Assembly (NCBI RefSeq): GCF_001194135.2
Contig: NC_068988.1
Span: forward strand, 90,604,837 to 90,643,349
Reading direction: 5' to 3'
DNA length: 38,513 bases
Source of the DNA: Octopus bimaculoides
Taxonomy: Eukaryota
Below, in pieces: positions 11,368 to 22,335 of this stretch. The position numbers and the translations under genes are program-made. Each line of letters starts with the position of its first letter. Within the stretch, counting starts at the first letter, position 1. The notes beneath the pieces are model-generated. The model was not told where the DNA came from. It worked only from the letters and a program-made list of their open reading frames with translations, and did not search any database.

Positions 11368-12631
11368 TTAGGTCGTCAAGTATGAAATTTGTAGAAGAGA
11401 AAATAAAGTTTGCTAAATGTTTTATAAATACAATAGTTTTATTCATCAAAATATGCACCCATATTGTCAGTACACTTTTGCCATTTCAGCAGTAGCTTGT
11501 CCACCCCGGAACTGTAAAAGCCTCGCAATCTAGAGTAAATAAAATCTTGGAAGGCTTGTTTTACAGTATCGTCAGAATTAATTTTTTTTCCTATCAAAAA
11601 GTTATCCAAATTCTGGAAGAAGTGGTAGTCAGTGGGGGCAAGATTAGGTGAGTATGGTGGATGACGGAGAACTTCCAACTCCAACTCCTGTAGTTTCACC
11701 AATGTCATTTTTGCGATGTGTGGTCTGGCGTTGTCCTGCAATAAAATAGGAGTGGATCTGTTGACTAATCTAGTCTGTTTGTTTCTTTTTTTTTTTTTTT
11801 GTAAGTTTCTGCCTCATTTGGTCCAGTTGGCTGCGGGATTGCTGAGCCAGGTTTAATGAAATCATAATGGATCACACCTACGTCAGACCACCAAACACAC
11901 ACCATCAGCTTCTTTTGATGAATTTGCTTTTGGGGCTGTGTTTTGGTGGCTCGTCTTTGTCCAACCATTGTGCTGAACGTTTATAGTTGTTCTCATCACA
12001 TGTTTCAATTCGATTAAAAAATGATTCATTTTTGTGACGAGAAAATAGCATAATGCAAGCTTCCAAACGTTGCTGTCTCTGATTTTCATTGAGTTCATGT
12101 GGAACCCACTTATCCAACTTTTTCACTTCACCAATTTGAACCAGGTGAGTCAATATTGTTCGCTTTCTAACACCAAACAACAACTGGCATTTTGAGATGG
12201 ATCTGACTCGATGGTGGCTTTCAGTCCGTCATTATCCACCTTTGTTTCCGGTTTAACACGTTGCTCATTTCTGAAGTCAAAGTTACCAGAACGAAATTTT
12301 GCAAACCAATTTGATACTGTCTGCTGTGTAATAACATTAGAATAAAATATTCCATTAATATTCCGAGCTGTCTGTGAAGCTGTATTTCCAAGAAAGAACT
12401 CATATTTCAAAACTGTACGAGTTTCCGACTTATCCATCTCTAAACAAAAAAAATAGCAAAGAGCGATTTATAAATACTTTTATAAAGTGCAAAATGAGTT
12501 AGAATAAAGAAATAGATGTGTCAGCTTTCTAACAAAAAATAAAGATTGTCAAAATATAAGAATGGCGCAAAATGAGCAGATGTCAAAGTTTACCATACAC
12601 CTAACTAGAAATTTCATACTTGACGACCTAA
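11368..12631 (-). mobile_element. Full-length mariner element (1264 bp), Hsmar1/cecropia-like
   Basis: 27-bp TIRs ttaggtcgtcaagtatgaaattt(g/c)tag with 1 mismatch; TA at 11366-11367 and 12632-12633. Confidence 0.93.
11439..12437 (-). pseudogene. Frameshifted mariner DD34D transposase
   Basis: Consecutive fragments in different frames: MDKSETRTVLKYEFFLG..., KKLDKWVPHELNENQ, RIETCDE, KKLMVCVWW, QDNARPH, HPPYSPNLAPTDYHFF, WQKCTDNMGAYFDE. Confidence 0.92.
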
Positions 12632-12711
12632 TATTTATAATGTATGTGCTTCGAGATCCACTGTTCCAAAATTAACTATTTCACGTACTCTCGAGTATTT
12701 ATAAAATAATT

Positions 12712-12876
12712 AGGAGTGTCTGTGTGGTAAGTAGCTTGCTTACGAACCACATGGTTCCGGGTTCAGTCCCACTGCGTGGCACCTTGGGCAAGTGTCTTCT
12801 ACTATAGCCTCGGACCGACCAAAGCCTTGTGAGTGGATTTGGTAGGCGGAAACTGAAAGAAGCCCGTCGTATATAT

Positions 12877-12909
<33 letters not shown>

Positions 12910-13278
12910 CGTATATGTTGTGTATCTGTGTTTGCCCCCCCCCCNNNNNNNNNNNNNNNNNNNNNNNNNNNNNNNNNNNNNNNNNNNNNNNNNNNNNNNN
13001 NNNNNNNNNNNNNNNNNNNNNNNNNNNNNNNNNNNNNNNNNNNNNNNNNNNNNNNNNNNNNNNNNNNNNNNNNNNNNNNNNNNNNNNNNNNNNNNNNNNN
13101 NNNNNNNNNNNNNNNNNNNNNNNNNATTTAGGTCCCCGTAACTTAGCGGTTCGGCAAAAAGTGGCCGATAGAATAAGTACTAGGCTTACAAAGAATAAAT
13201 CCTGGGGTCGATTTGATTCGACTCAAAGCGGTGCTCCAGCATGGCCGCAGTCAAATGACTGAAGCCAGTAAAAGAGTA
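12712..13278 (+). mobile_element. SINE family C with internal microsatellite and gap
   Basis: Head ggagtgtctgtgtggtaagtagcttgcttacgaaccacatggttccgggttcagtccc; 3' end ggtgctccagcatggccgcagtcaaatgactgaa. Reverse-complement match to 20645-21060. Confidence 0.85.
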
Positions 13279-13502
13279 TGATTTCAACAAATATATTAAC
13301 TTACCACGGTTGTTCTTTGTGTGCACAACATGAACATGAAAAGGGAAGGAGTAGTTAAATAAAATGGTTTAGATAATCAACTGACCTCTTCAGGTTTTGC
13401 GCAGCATTTTAAACTTTCAATATCGAATTTCATAGTTATGGACTCAAGATTCAGACAATCGTCTGCATTGTAAGTGAAATGTATCTATCTGTCTATCTAT
13501 CC

Positions 13503-13539
<37 letters not shown>

Positions 13540-13540
13540 C

Positions 13541-13572
<32 letters not shown>

Positions 13573-13574
13573 GC

Positions 13575-13715
13575 ACAACGGACTTCCAAACAGTTTCTGC
13601 CTACTAAATTCACTTTCAAGGCACTTGTTGGTCCAGAGATACAACAGTAGAAAAAAATTGTCTTGGGTACTGTACAGTAGGACTGAATCTAAAACCATGT
13701 GACTACAGAACGAAA
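13575..13715 (-). mobile_element. SINE family C, degenerate 5' part
   Basis: cagtttctgcctactaaattcact...gactgaatctaaaaccatgtg aligns to 20915-21035. Confidence 0.6.
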
Positions 13716-13829
13716 ATTGTACCTTGCGTTCGTGGCCACACTTAAGGATCTTGAAAGAAAAGAAACTTCCAAACCTTCATAAATTCATACTTGCCTACTT
13801 CGCACAGACACTAAAAAAATGTTTTATCA

Positions 13830-14335
13830 ATAATTAAATTAAAGTCATCTACAGTTACCTAAACAACATAGTGTCACAAATTTCCAACTATAAAAAAGTA
13901 TCTTGAAGTATGACACAATCTCCGCAACCCGAATGTATATATAGAAAGGTTGTCAATTTTTCCCTTAACGAAAAATGGCGGTTGGAAATGTTAATGTGTA
14001 GAAGCTACTGATGACAACAAAATCGCACACATCGGGATTACTGAAAACGCATTCAAAAGTGCACAACACATCCATTCCTTTATGAATAGGAACAAATGTA
14101 ACTCTACCTCATTGACAAAATACATCTGGTATTTACAGGCTACAAAAAGAAATCAATGTTAGAATTAAAAAAGAAAAAATTATTCGCAAAGTGGAAGCAT
14201 AAAATGGTAACGAAAGAAGTTTTTAATTTGTGTGCAATCGAAACAATAAGATACTGACCCTATCACTTAATATATTATACTGGAAGGAAGGATACTTTTC
14301 GTCTTGCTTGCAGGAAAACTCAAATTACAATTTTT
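13830..14335 (+). pseudogene. Penelope-like element: linker plus GIY-YIG endonuclease remnant
   Basis: Broken translation IKVIYSYLNNIVSQISNYKK ... HIGITENAFKS ... NSTSLTKYIWYL, matching PLE YIG-TE--FK-R---H---F and ST-LSKYIW patterns; many stops and frameshifts. Confidence 0.75.
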
Positions 14336-14555
14336 AAAGCATATTCCTGTCATACATACATACATACATACATACATACATACATACATACATACATACA
14401 TACATACATGCATAATATAGATTTAATCAAAAGATTAAATGTGGTACTTAAAATGTATGTGGCACCAGAATTTGGTTGGGTAAAAACCAAAAACAAAATC
14501 AAGAGTTTTGGTCAATAAAATTTGAAGAAAAGCAACAAAAATTCAATAGGTTATA

Positions 14556-14643
14556 GCAGTACGTACGTTTCGTACAAACTTCATTTATTCATGTAGTGAG
14601 AACACTACATAAAATGTGCAGTGAAAATGTACTCCTCAGCTGC
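14556..14643 (-). ncRNA. Type-I hammerhead ribozyme with extended stem II, HHR3
   Basis: Minus strand GCAG-CUGAGGA-GUACA...(AUGUAGUG-UUCU-CACUACAU)...UGUAC-GAAAC-GUAC-GUA^CUGC: stem I 4 bp, stem II base 5 bp plus an 8-bp apical hairpin, palindromic stem III ACGUACGU. Confidence 0.87.
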
Positions 14644-14799
14644 ATAATGGAATTTCATTTTAGAAAGTTAATTTTGTAGATGTGTGCAAAAAAACAAGAG
14701 TATGTATGTATGTATGTATGTATGTATTATAATTGCTTAAAACAGTTTGATTCGTCTCTATGCGACTTAAAATTTTGCAGACTTCTTTGTGAAACCCAG

Positions 14800-15030
14800 A
14801 TCGTTCAGGAACAGAATACCGGATGAAAAGATACAGGATGCCCAAGATGACTACTGGAAACTGGACGACTGTTGGGCAATGCGGGCTACGTGGTGTTGTT
14901 AGACATAAGACGGACGTTTCAGCAACAGTAGATGCATTAACAAGGAGAATTTCTTGAACCGTTTGGCAAGACAGGATGCTGGTAGCGTCTTAGTGTCTGG
15001 CTGGTCTTTGAAAGGATTTGGAAGCCGACA
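14800..15030 (+). pseudogene. Possible RTE LINE 3' ORF remnant
   Basis: RIPDEK / MPKMTTG fragments loosely resemble the RTE C-terminal RM-xx-R-PK motif; very degraded. Confidence 0.3.
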
Positions 15031-15053
15031 GAAACATGGCCGGTGAGGGTGTG

Positions 15054-15283
15054 TTATTTCTTTACTACACACAAGGGGCTACATATAGAGGGGACAAACA
15101 AGGACAGACAAACGGATTAAGTCGATTATATCGACCCCAGTGTGTAACTGGTGCTTATTTAATCGACCTCGAAAGGATGAAAGGCAAAGTCGACCTCGGC
15201 GGAATTTGAACTCAGAACGTAGCGGCAGACGAAATACCGCTAAGCATTTCGCCCAGCATGCTAACGTTTCTGCCAGCTCGTCG
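15054..15283 (-). mobile_element. SINE family B, near full length
   Basis: Minus strand cgacgagctggcagaaacgttagcatgctgggcgaaatgcttagcgg...ctgagttcaaattccgccgaggtcgactttgcc. Confidence 0.88.
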
Positions 15284-15782
15284 ATGAGGGTGTGTGTGTG
15301 TATGTAAATCTCGTGTATGATCGTGTGGATGTGGATGTTTGATGCCTATGCATATGTGTACAAAGGGTGCGTGTGTGTGTAAGCCGGCGTGTGGGTGAGG
15401 GTTGACATGTGGGTGAGAGCTGATGGTATCAACTCGTCGATGCATATATGCGTGTTTGGTAGGCTGTGGTGTGTAGGTATGCATGCGGGCGAGTATCAGG
15501 TGTGTGTGAGTACTCGCGTGGGCAAATATGCAGGTGTATGTGTCAGCTGTGTATGGGTTATCGGTTGTACGAGCGTGGGTGTGCGCGCGCGTGCGAACGC
15601 GTATGCGTTAATGCATGTTGTATACACGTGCGTACTCAAACGTGTTTAGGATGCATGTATGGATGTTTGTAACTACGGATGATTGGTGAACGTATGTACA
15701 TTCTTGTATTACATTCTTCTAAACGTCTGACTGCGAGCTTGTTTTCTGGAAAAACATACGTGTGTGTGTTTTTTTATCTGGG

Positions 15783-15821
<39 letters not shown>

Positions 15822-16167
15822 NNNNNNNNNNNNNNNNNNNNNNNNNNNNNNNNNNNNNNNNNNNNNNNNNNNNNNNNNNNNNNNNNNNNNNNNNNNNNNN
15901 NNNNNNNNNNNNNNNNNNNNNNNNNNNNNNNNNNNNNNNNNNNNNNNNNNNNNNNNNNNNNNNNNNNNNNNNNNNNNNNNNNNNNNNNNNNNNNNNNNNN
16001 NNNNNNNNNNNNNNNNNNNNNNNNNNNNNNNNNNNNNNNNNNNNNNNNNNNNNNNNNGTGTGTGTGTGTGCTTTTGAGATCTATGTGTGCGGGCGTGACA
16101 GATGTATGCTAGAGTAATTGCAACAACGTTGAATTGAGGTTTGGTTGGCGGGGAAGAAGAAAAGAGA

Positions 16168-16290
16168 GAATATAATATCTAAACTTTCAGCATACGAAAA
16201 TATATTTAAAGAACACAAGAGATATTGCAACAAAGCCCTAGTGGAAGCAGGTTTCAAGCGAAAAATTTAAGTACATCCTAAATAGGGATT
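16168..16290 (+). pseudogene. Penelope-like element RT C-terminal fragment
   Basis: Translates NIISKLSAYENIFKEHKRYCNKALVEAGFK, resembling the PLE RIS-LSS-E-IF------Y--AL---GY motif. Confidence 0.6.
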
Positions 16291-16344
16291 CGGTCAGTGG
16301 TAATAATGTTAAAAATTGGACATATTGTAACTATGGTGACTATC

Positions 16345-16570
16345 ATAATAATAATAATAATAACCATTTCTGCTATAGGCACAAGGCCTGGAATTTGCGG
16401 GGTGGGGTATAGTTGACCACATAGACCTCAGTACTTGACAGGTACTTAATTTATCGACCGCGAAAGTATGAAAGGCCAAGTCGACCTCGGTGGAATTTGA
16501 ACTCAACGTGAAGACGGATGAAATGCTGCTAAGCATTTTGCTCGGCCTGCTAATTTTGCCTCACCACCTT
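16345..16570 (-). mobile_element. SINE family B with (ATT)n tail
   Basis: gtcgacctcggtggaatttgaactc head and ctataggcacaaggcctgg tail variant shared with 31715-31928. Confidence 0.85.
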
Positions 16571-16574
16571 GACC

Positions 16575-16637
<63 letters not shown>

Positions 16638-16689
16638 TAATAAGCCTTTCTACTATAGGCACAAAGCCTGCGATTTTTGTGTATGCTGT

Positions 16690-17598
16690 AGGCTGCAATT
16701 TTGTCATGGACAGGAAGTTGGAACAAAGAGCCAACGTGAAAGTTTACGTTAAACTTGAGAAGTCTACTGCAGAGACATTGAGCATGCTTACGGCGACGAG
16801 ACAATGGGTCGTACGCAATGTTTCAAGTGGCACGTGCGCTTCAACAGCGTGAGAACGTCCCTGGAAGATGATGAGCGATCCGGAACGCCACGAATGCTAC
16901 CCTCGGAAATGTGGTATTGGGAATCGAGAATTCGTCCCTCAGAACAAGATAGTTAATCGAAAGTTCTACTGCGACGTTTTGAAGCATTTGAGCAAGGACA
17001 TTCGGCAAAAGCGATCGGACCTGTGGTGCGCGAAGAATTGGATTCTTCACAATGGTAATCCACCTTGTCACGGAACTCTCCGCACTCATGAGTTTCTCCG
17101 CACCCACCCTATTTTCCAGGTTTAGCACCTGCAGACTTCCTCAAGATGGAAATGCAGCTCAAAGGTCGCCGTTTTTATATATGTATGTATGTATGCATGT
17201 ATGTATACACACACATATATGCATATATATATATATGTATGTATGTATATATATATATATATATGTGGGTGTGTGTGTATCAATGCATGTATGTATATAT
17301 ATATATATATGTGTGTGTGTGTGCATGTATGTATGTATCTATGTATGTATACGCACACACAAGCAAGCACGTGTACATTCCCAAGGGACGCGCGCGAGAT
17401 CCAGAACAAATCGCTGAAGGTCCTCGACTCGCTTACGGTAAACGACTTCCAGGTTGGATACCAAAAGTGACAGGAATGCTGGGACTGGTGTATTGCTGCG
17501 AAAGGTGACTATTTCGAAGGAGATATTGTTAAAACTTAGGCAAATAAGTTATTTTTTTTAAAACATAACTAGTCCAGGAGCCTTTTGATACCACCTCG
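16690..17598 (+). mobile_element. Internally deleted mariner with a microsatellite-bearing insertion; right TIR intact, left TIR missing
   Basis: MDRKLEQRANVK...LEKSTAET (16706 on), EDDERSG, NRKFYCDVL, WILHNGNPP, KMEMQLKGRRF, EIQNKS; right TIR actagtccaggagccttttgataccacctcg followed by TA at 17599-17600. Confidence 0.88.
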
Positions 17599-17802
17599 TA
17601 AACGTTTTTGTTTTTTTTCCATGCCAATTCAATTTTATGCTCTACTTTAATTTATTGCATGATTTTTATGTTAATGTGATAACGTTAAATTGATATTTTT
17701 CTTTATTATTTAAAATAAGATTCTACATAAAATACTTATTACTATACGCATATTTCTGTATGTGCACGCGTGTGTGTATACTTATACATACATATATACA
17801 TG

Positions 17803-17996
17803 TACCTGTATTTCAAAGGGGTCAGCCTTGTCACACTGTGTCACGCTGAATCTCCCCGAGAACTACGTTAAGTGTACACGCGTCTGTGGAGTGCTCAGCC
17901 ACTTGCACGTTAATTTCACAAGCAGGCTGTTCCGTTGGTTGGATCAACTGGAACCCTCGACGTCGTAAGCGACCGAGTTCCAACAACAACAACAAC
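17803..17996 (+). mobile_element. tRNA-derived SINE family A, 3' half with (CAA)n tail
   Basis: Matches about 33200-33384. Confidence 0.85.
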
Positions 17997-18068
17997 ATAT
18001 ATACATATATGGAAGTATATATAGAGCTATAAATGTGTACCTGTGTGTGTGTGTGTATACATACAAAG

Positions 18069-18122
<54 letters not shown>

Positions 18123-18125
<3 letters not shown>

Positions 18126-18462
18126 GGCGCATATATCAGTAGTTAAAGCGTCGTGCTCCCGATCATGAGGTAGGGAGTTCGATTCCCGCACCGGGCTATG
18201 TGTCGTGTTCTTAAGCAAGATACGTTATTTCACGTTACTCCAGTTCACTCATTTGTACAAATGAGTTGCGGCATCACTGGTGCCAAACTGTATCGACCTT
18301 CGCCTTTCCTTTGAATGATATCGGTGGCGTGGAGAGGTGGGGAGGCCTGCTCCCCTAGCCAGCTGCATAGCGTCATTCGATGGCTAAAACAATACAAAGG
18401 ACATTGTGACCAGCGATGTGTGACAACGTCTGATAGTTTGGTGGGTCACGTGATGACGTGAT
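18123..18462 (+). mobile_element. tRNA-headed SINE family D
   Basis: Head gaaggcgca...tcagtagttaaagcgtcg...ggagttcgattccc (B box 18174-18187), followed by a body unrelated to families A-C. Confidence 0.7.
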
Positions 18463-18747
18463 GGGAAGTAGGTTGACAGCCGACGACTGATGAAGGGTCA
18501 TTCTTTGTATGTTTTTCCTCTCATATTTGCGTATTTAACTCATTTGTTTTCGTATTTCATGTTGTTATTGCTGGTGACGTCCTGTACCCATATATGCATA
18601 TATGTATATATATGTGTGTGTGTGTGTGTGTGTGCGTGCGCGTGTGTGTGTATATGTATATATGTATGTATATATGTATATATGTATGTATATATGTATT
18701 ATGTATGTATATATGTATATATACACTTATATATATACATATACATA

Positions 18748-18925
18748 CGAGAAGAGATGACCACTAAGTGGACATCCATTATGCTAGAAATAGACCATTT
18801 ACGGTCAAACCACAAAAGAAAAGAATGTTCTCTAAGGAAATTCAGTATTCTTTTCTTTTGTGGTTTGACTGTAGATGGTCTATATCTAGCATAATGGATG
18901 TCCACTTAGTGGTCATCCCTTCTCA
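18748..18925. mobile_element. Near-palindromic TA-flanked MITE (178 bp)
   Basis: Arms 18741-18826 and 18847-18932 are reverse complements with 5 differences in 86 bp; TA at 18746-18747 and 18926-18927. Confidence 0.85.
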
Positions 18926-19554
18926 TATGTATGAAATATAATTTTTATAAATTTTCAGAATTTTTTTTTTTTTTTTATGCTAGGCTACTGGTTTTAAATT
19001 GGTGTTAATTAAATTAATATCCAATTTATCACCCTTATTATTTTGATTTTTAATTTTATACATATATATATGTATGTGTGTATGTATGTATACGCACACA
19101 CAAGCAAGCACATGTACACACACATGGACGTGCGCACATACATACCTGCACTAACACACACGGTATAATCATTAGTAAGAAAACAAAGACGAAATGTTTC
19201 ACGAATTAAATATTTTTGAGTATTTTATTCTATATCATGTTGCTGAGGCATTGTCTTGTTATATCGATGTCGAAAACACATTGGAATCCTGAAAATATCA
19301 AAAATGGTAAGAAATAAATCAGTGAAATTAAACAAAGTTTAATATCAGTGTCGGAACTCGAACCACTGACCTCCCAGTAAGTCACAATCTTCTACCTTTT
19401 CCGTGTAATTTGATAAGGATTTCAGATGCAAGGGAGATAAGAAGAACACAAGGGAAATAATTAGATTTTTTTTTTTCATACAGGGGGAAAATACTCTTGA
19501 ACTATTACTATGGACATTGTAACGGTAGATAAGATATTTTGTAAAGTTTTAAGC

Positions 19555-19780
19555 AGACACAACTGTTAAAACACCGAGCAAAATGTTTCGTGACATTTCT
19601 TTCCGACTCGTTATGTTATGAGTTCTAAATCCCGCTGTGATCGATTTTCCCTTTCATCTTTTCGGGGTCAATAAAATAAATACCAGTCGAACTGCGCGTG
19701 GTGGGGCGATCGACGATATCAACTCGTTTCCTCCCACAAAATTCCAGGCCTTGTGCTTGTATAAGAAAATTTTATTGAAT
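19555..19780 (+). mobile_element. SINE family B, degenerate
   Basis: accgagcaaaatg...tgagttctaaatcccgc...cctttcatcttttcggggtcaataaaataaataccagt...ccaggccttgtgc. Confidence 0.7.
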
Positions 19781-19899
19781 ATCCTACATTGCTTTTCTTC
19801 TTTTCTTCTTCTTTTTTCCATTATTTAGTCAGGAAAGAAAACAGACCCATGACATGCTACAGGGCCTCTGAGATTGACGGGAAGGAGGAAGGTATCCTC

Positions 19900-20300
19900 A
19901 AACTGCAAACCTTGCTCGAATACTTGCAACAAAACAGTTTCTGCTATAAGCAACCAAGATGTCAGATGACAAACTGGGCGACGAGTTAAGTCTACCATTT
20001 GAACTCAGAATGCAAAAATAGAAACAAATACCACAAGACATCCAATTCGACATTCTTGCAGTTTTGCCTGGCCTTTTGTGCCAACGAAAAATAGATGCTC
20101 GACTCATACAAGTTTATCCAAAAGTAGTCTGGGACATTTCATAAGTTTCTGTAGCGTTTTTGCTCAGTTAAACACAAAACTTTATTTCTTAGCGAGCGTA
20201 CAAACTGTCTTCACGCCCAGACTGCATTATTCAAATTAGTCAGTTCTGTTATTCAGTGTTTAGTAGAGTGTGTTCAAAGTGTTGTTAAAGCCATCTTCTT
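19900..20300 (-). pseudogene. Mariner transposase N-terminal remnant
   Basis: Minus-strand translation SKNATETYEMSQTTFG*TCMSRASIFRWHKR matches the mariner HTH (GK-ATET--ML---FG---MSR--VF-WH-RF); no TIR recognised. Confidence 0.65.
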
Positions 20301-20489
20301 CAATCTGGAATAAAAAGACAATCGGCCGGTCAGATTATTAGATGTACAGTAATGATATATTAAAATTACCATAATCTAGGATAGTTATAACTGACACACC
20401 TAAGAAGAAAGTATCAAATTTTCTGCGATACACCTCATACACTTAGCAAGCACAAATATTAGGATTTGCGTAAATCTCTTCCATGGATG

Positions 20490-20612
20490 TTTAGCACACG
20501 ATCGTAAGGTGGTGGGTTTTATACCTGGCAACGCGTTCTGTCCTTGAGCAAGACACTTTATTTCATGTTGCTCCTCTCTACCCAGCTGGCAAAAATGAGT
20601 AGTACCTGTATT
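20490..20612 (+). mobile_element. SINE fragment with a family-D-like head
   Basis: gcacacgatcgtaaggtggtgggttttatacctgg...ccttgagcaagacactttatttcatgttgctcc is similar to 18150-18245. Confidence 0.5.
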
Positions 20613-20644
20613 TCTGTACCACTCTCTCTCTCTCTCTCTCTCTC

Positions 20645-21060
20645 TTACTCTTTTACTTGTTTCAGTCATTTGACTGCGGCCATGCTGGAGCACCGCCTTT
20701 AGTCGAGCAAATAGACCCCAGGACTTATTCTTTGGAAGCCTAGTACTTATTCTATCGGTCTCTTTTGCCGAACCGCTAAGTTACGGAGACGTAAACACAC
20801 CAGCATCGGTTGTCAAGCGATGTTGGGGGGGACAAGCACAGACACAAACATATACACACACAAACATAAACGAACACATACATATATATATACATATATA
20901 CGACAGGCTTCTTTCAGTTTCCGTCTACCAAATCCACTCACAAGGCTTTGGTCGGCCCGAGGCTATAGTAGAAGACACTTGCCCAAGGTGCCACGCAGTG
21001 GGAATGAACCCGGGAACCATGTGGTTGGTAAGCAAGCTACTTACCACACAGCCACTCCTG
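20645..21060 (-). mobile_element. SINE family C, full length with internal CA/TA microsatellite
   Basis: Minus head caggagtggctgtgtggtaagtagcttgcttaccaaccacatggttcccgggttcattccc; colinear with 12712-13278. Confidence 0.9.
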
Positions 21061-21074
21061 ATAACTACGTACGG

Positions 21075-21178
21075 GTGTTTGTTTGAGTGCTCAGTCACTT
21101 GCACGTTTCTTTCACGGGTAGGTTGTTCCATTAATTGGATCAACAGGAACACTCGTCGTTATAACCAACGGAGTGCCA
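21075..21178 (+). mobile_element. SINE family A, degenerate 3' fragment
   Basis: gagtgctcagtcacttgcacgtt...ggatcaac...acggagtgcca matches 33283-33373. Confidence 0.7.
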
Positions 21179-21746
21179 GATTTAATATACAGAATACACA
21201 AAAGTCATAGTAGAGTAATCAAAACGACTCACAAACAGACTTAGAGCACTCACAGATGCCACGTTTTATCAACAGAAACAAGCAACGACTATGGTGTATA
21301 AGCAATACATTATATCCATCAGATCAGTTCATGCAGGGCAGCCAATCTCTCCACAACAGGCCACAATAAACTACAACTTACATACAAAGTAGTACATTAT
21401 ACGTCATCATACAGATCACGTATCACTTTTTAGGAGAGTGGGTTATATATCATTAGATATACACCTAACTTTCCTATATTAAATTAGAAGTGAACTGAAC
21501 GCAGAAACTCCAAACTGATCAACAACAACAAATATTTATTGTACGGTGGAAAATAAAACAGCTTCCAATCGTTCGGTTTTAGAGTAGCCTGAAATGTAGA
21601 TGTACGGTTCCTCGAGCTGGTGTCGTTGTAGAGACAACTTGGTTCAGCCACACTCAAATGGGAGAGCTTGCTTAGACGTCTTGCTTGGTAGCTGTCAGGC
21701 CTGGTAAAGAGGCAGACTAATAGCGGGAACGCTTCGATGTTGAAAC

Positions 21747-21870
21747 CCACGCATGCGTGGTTAAGGATTCAGCAATGGCGACTATGCCTTTTGGCGCCAA
21801 TATGACGTCACTACAACTATATACATCGAAACAAAAATTACTAAATATGAAAGCGCATTTGCACATGCGT
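21747..21870. promoter_or_regulatory. CpG-rich palindrome cluster (NRF1-like, E2F-like, CCAAT, CRE)
   Basis: CCACGCATGCGTGG 21747-21760, TTTGGCGC 21790-21797 within TTGGCGCCAA 21791-21800, CCAAT 21797-21801, TGACGTCA 21803-21810, GCACATGCGT 21861-21870. Motif presence only; function not shown. Confidence 0.4.
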
Positions 21871-22160
21871 GAGTGTAGTTTGTTACTGCAGAAAACGTCA
21901 ACTATCACAGTCTTTCACTACTACATGAAAAAGCTCCAAATCATCCAGATACATATACAACACCCAATAACACTACAACAGAAGTTTAAAATCTCTTGCT
22001 CTCCCACTCACCCCAGACAAGGATTAAAGACACACACACACACAAACACGCGCGAGTGCGCAAGCATAACCAAACAAACGAGTTATGCAAATATAAATAG
22101 CAGAAAAATATATGACCAGAAGTCAAGCAGCAAAGAGAAGAGAGTAAGATAGCGTGAGGA

Positions 22161-22335
22161 AAGCATAGAATGGTCACGCCATTATCGATAAGATTACAGG
22201 CTGTGACGAAAGAACTTTGACACCCAATTAATTAATAAACTGACTGATAATAAAACTCAAGTAATATACAACTGTTACGTGATCTAAGTGGCAGCATGAA
22301 GGTACTCAATTTACAAGGATTGAAGGCGTACACAC
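22161..22335 (+). repeat. Conserved duplicated block, copy 2
   Basis: About 90% identical to 481-636; its last 52 bp recur inverted at 23361-23412 (44/52). Confidence 0.9.

Noticed and set aside
13365-13400. Minus-strand CTGAAGAG and plus-strand CTGAAGA matches (also 28195, 31372, 31696)
   Set aside because: No correctly placed stem II-GAAA-stem III downstream.
19245-19290. 7-bp stem followed by GAAA
   Set aside because: Core TTGCTGA, no stem III, cleavage triplet or stem I.
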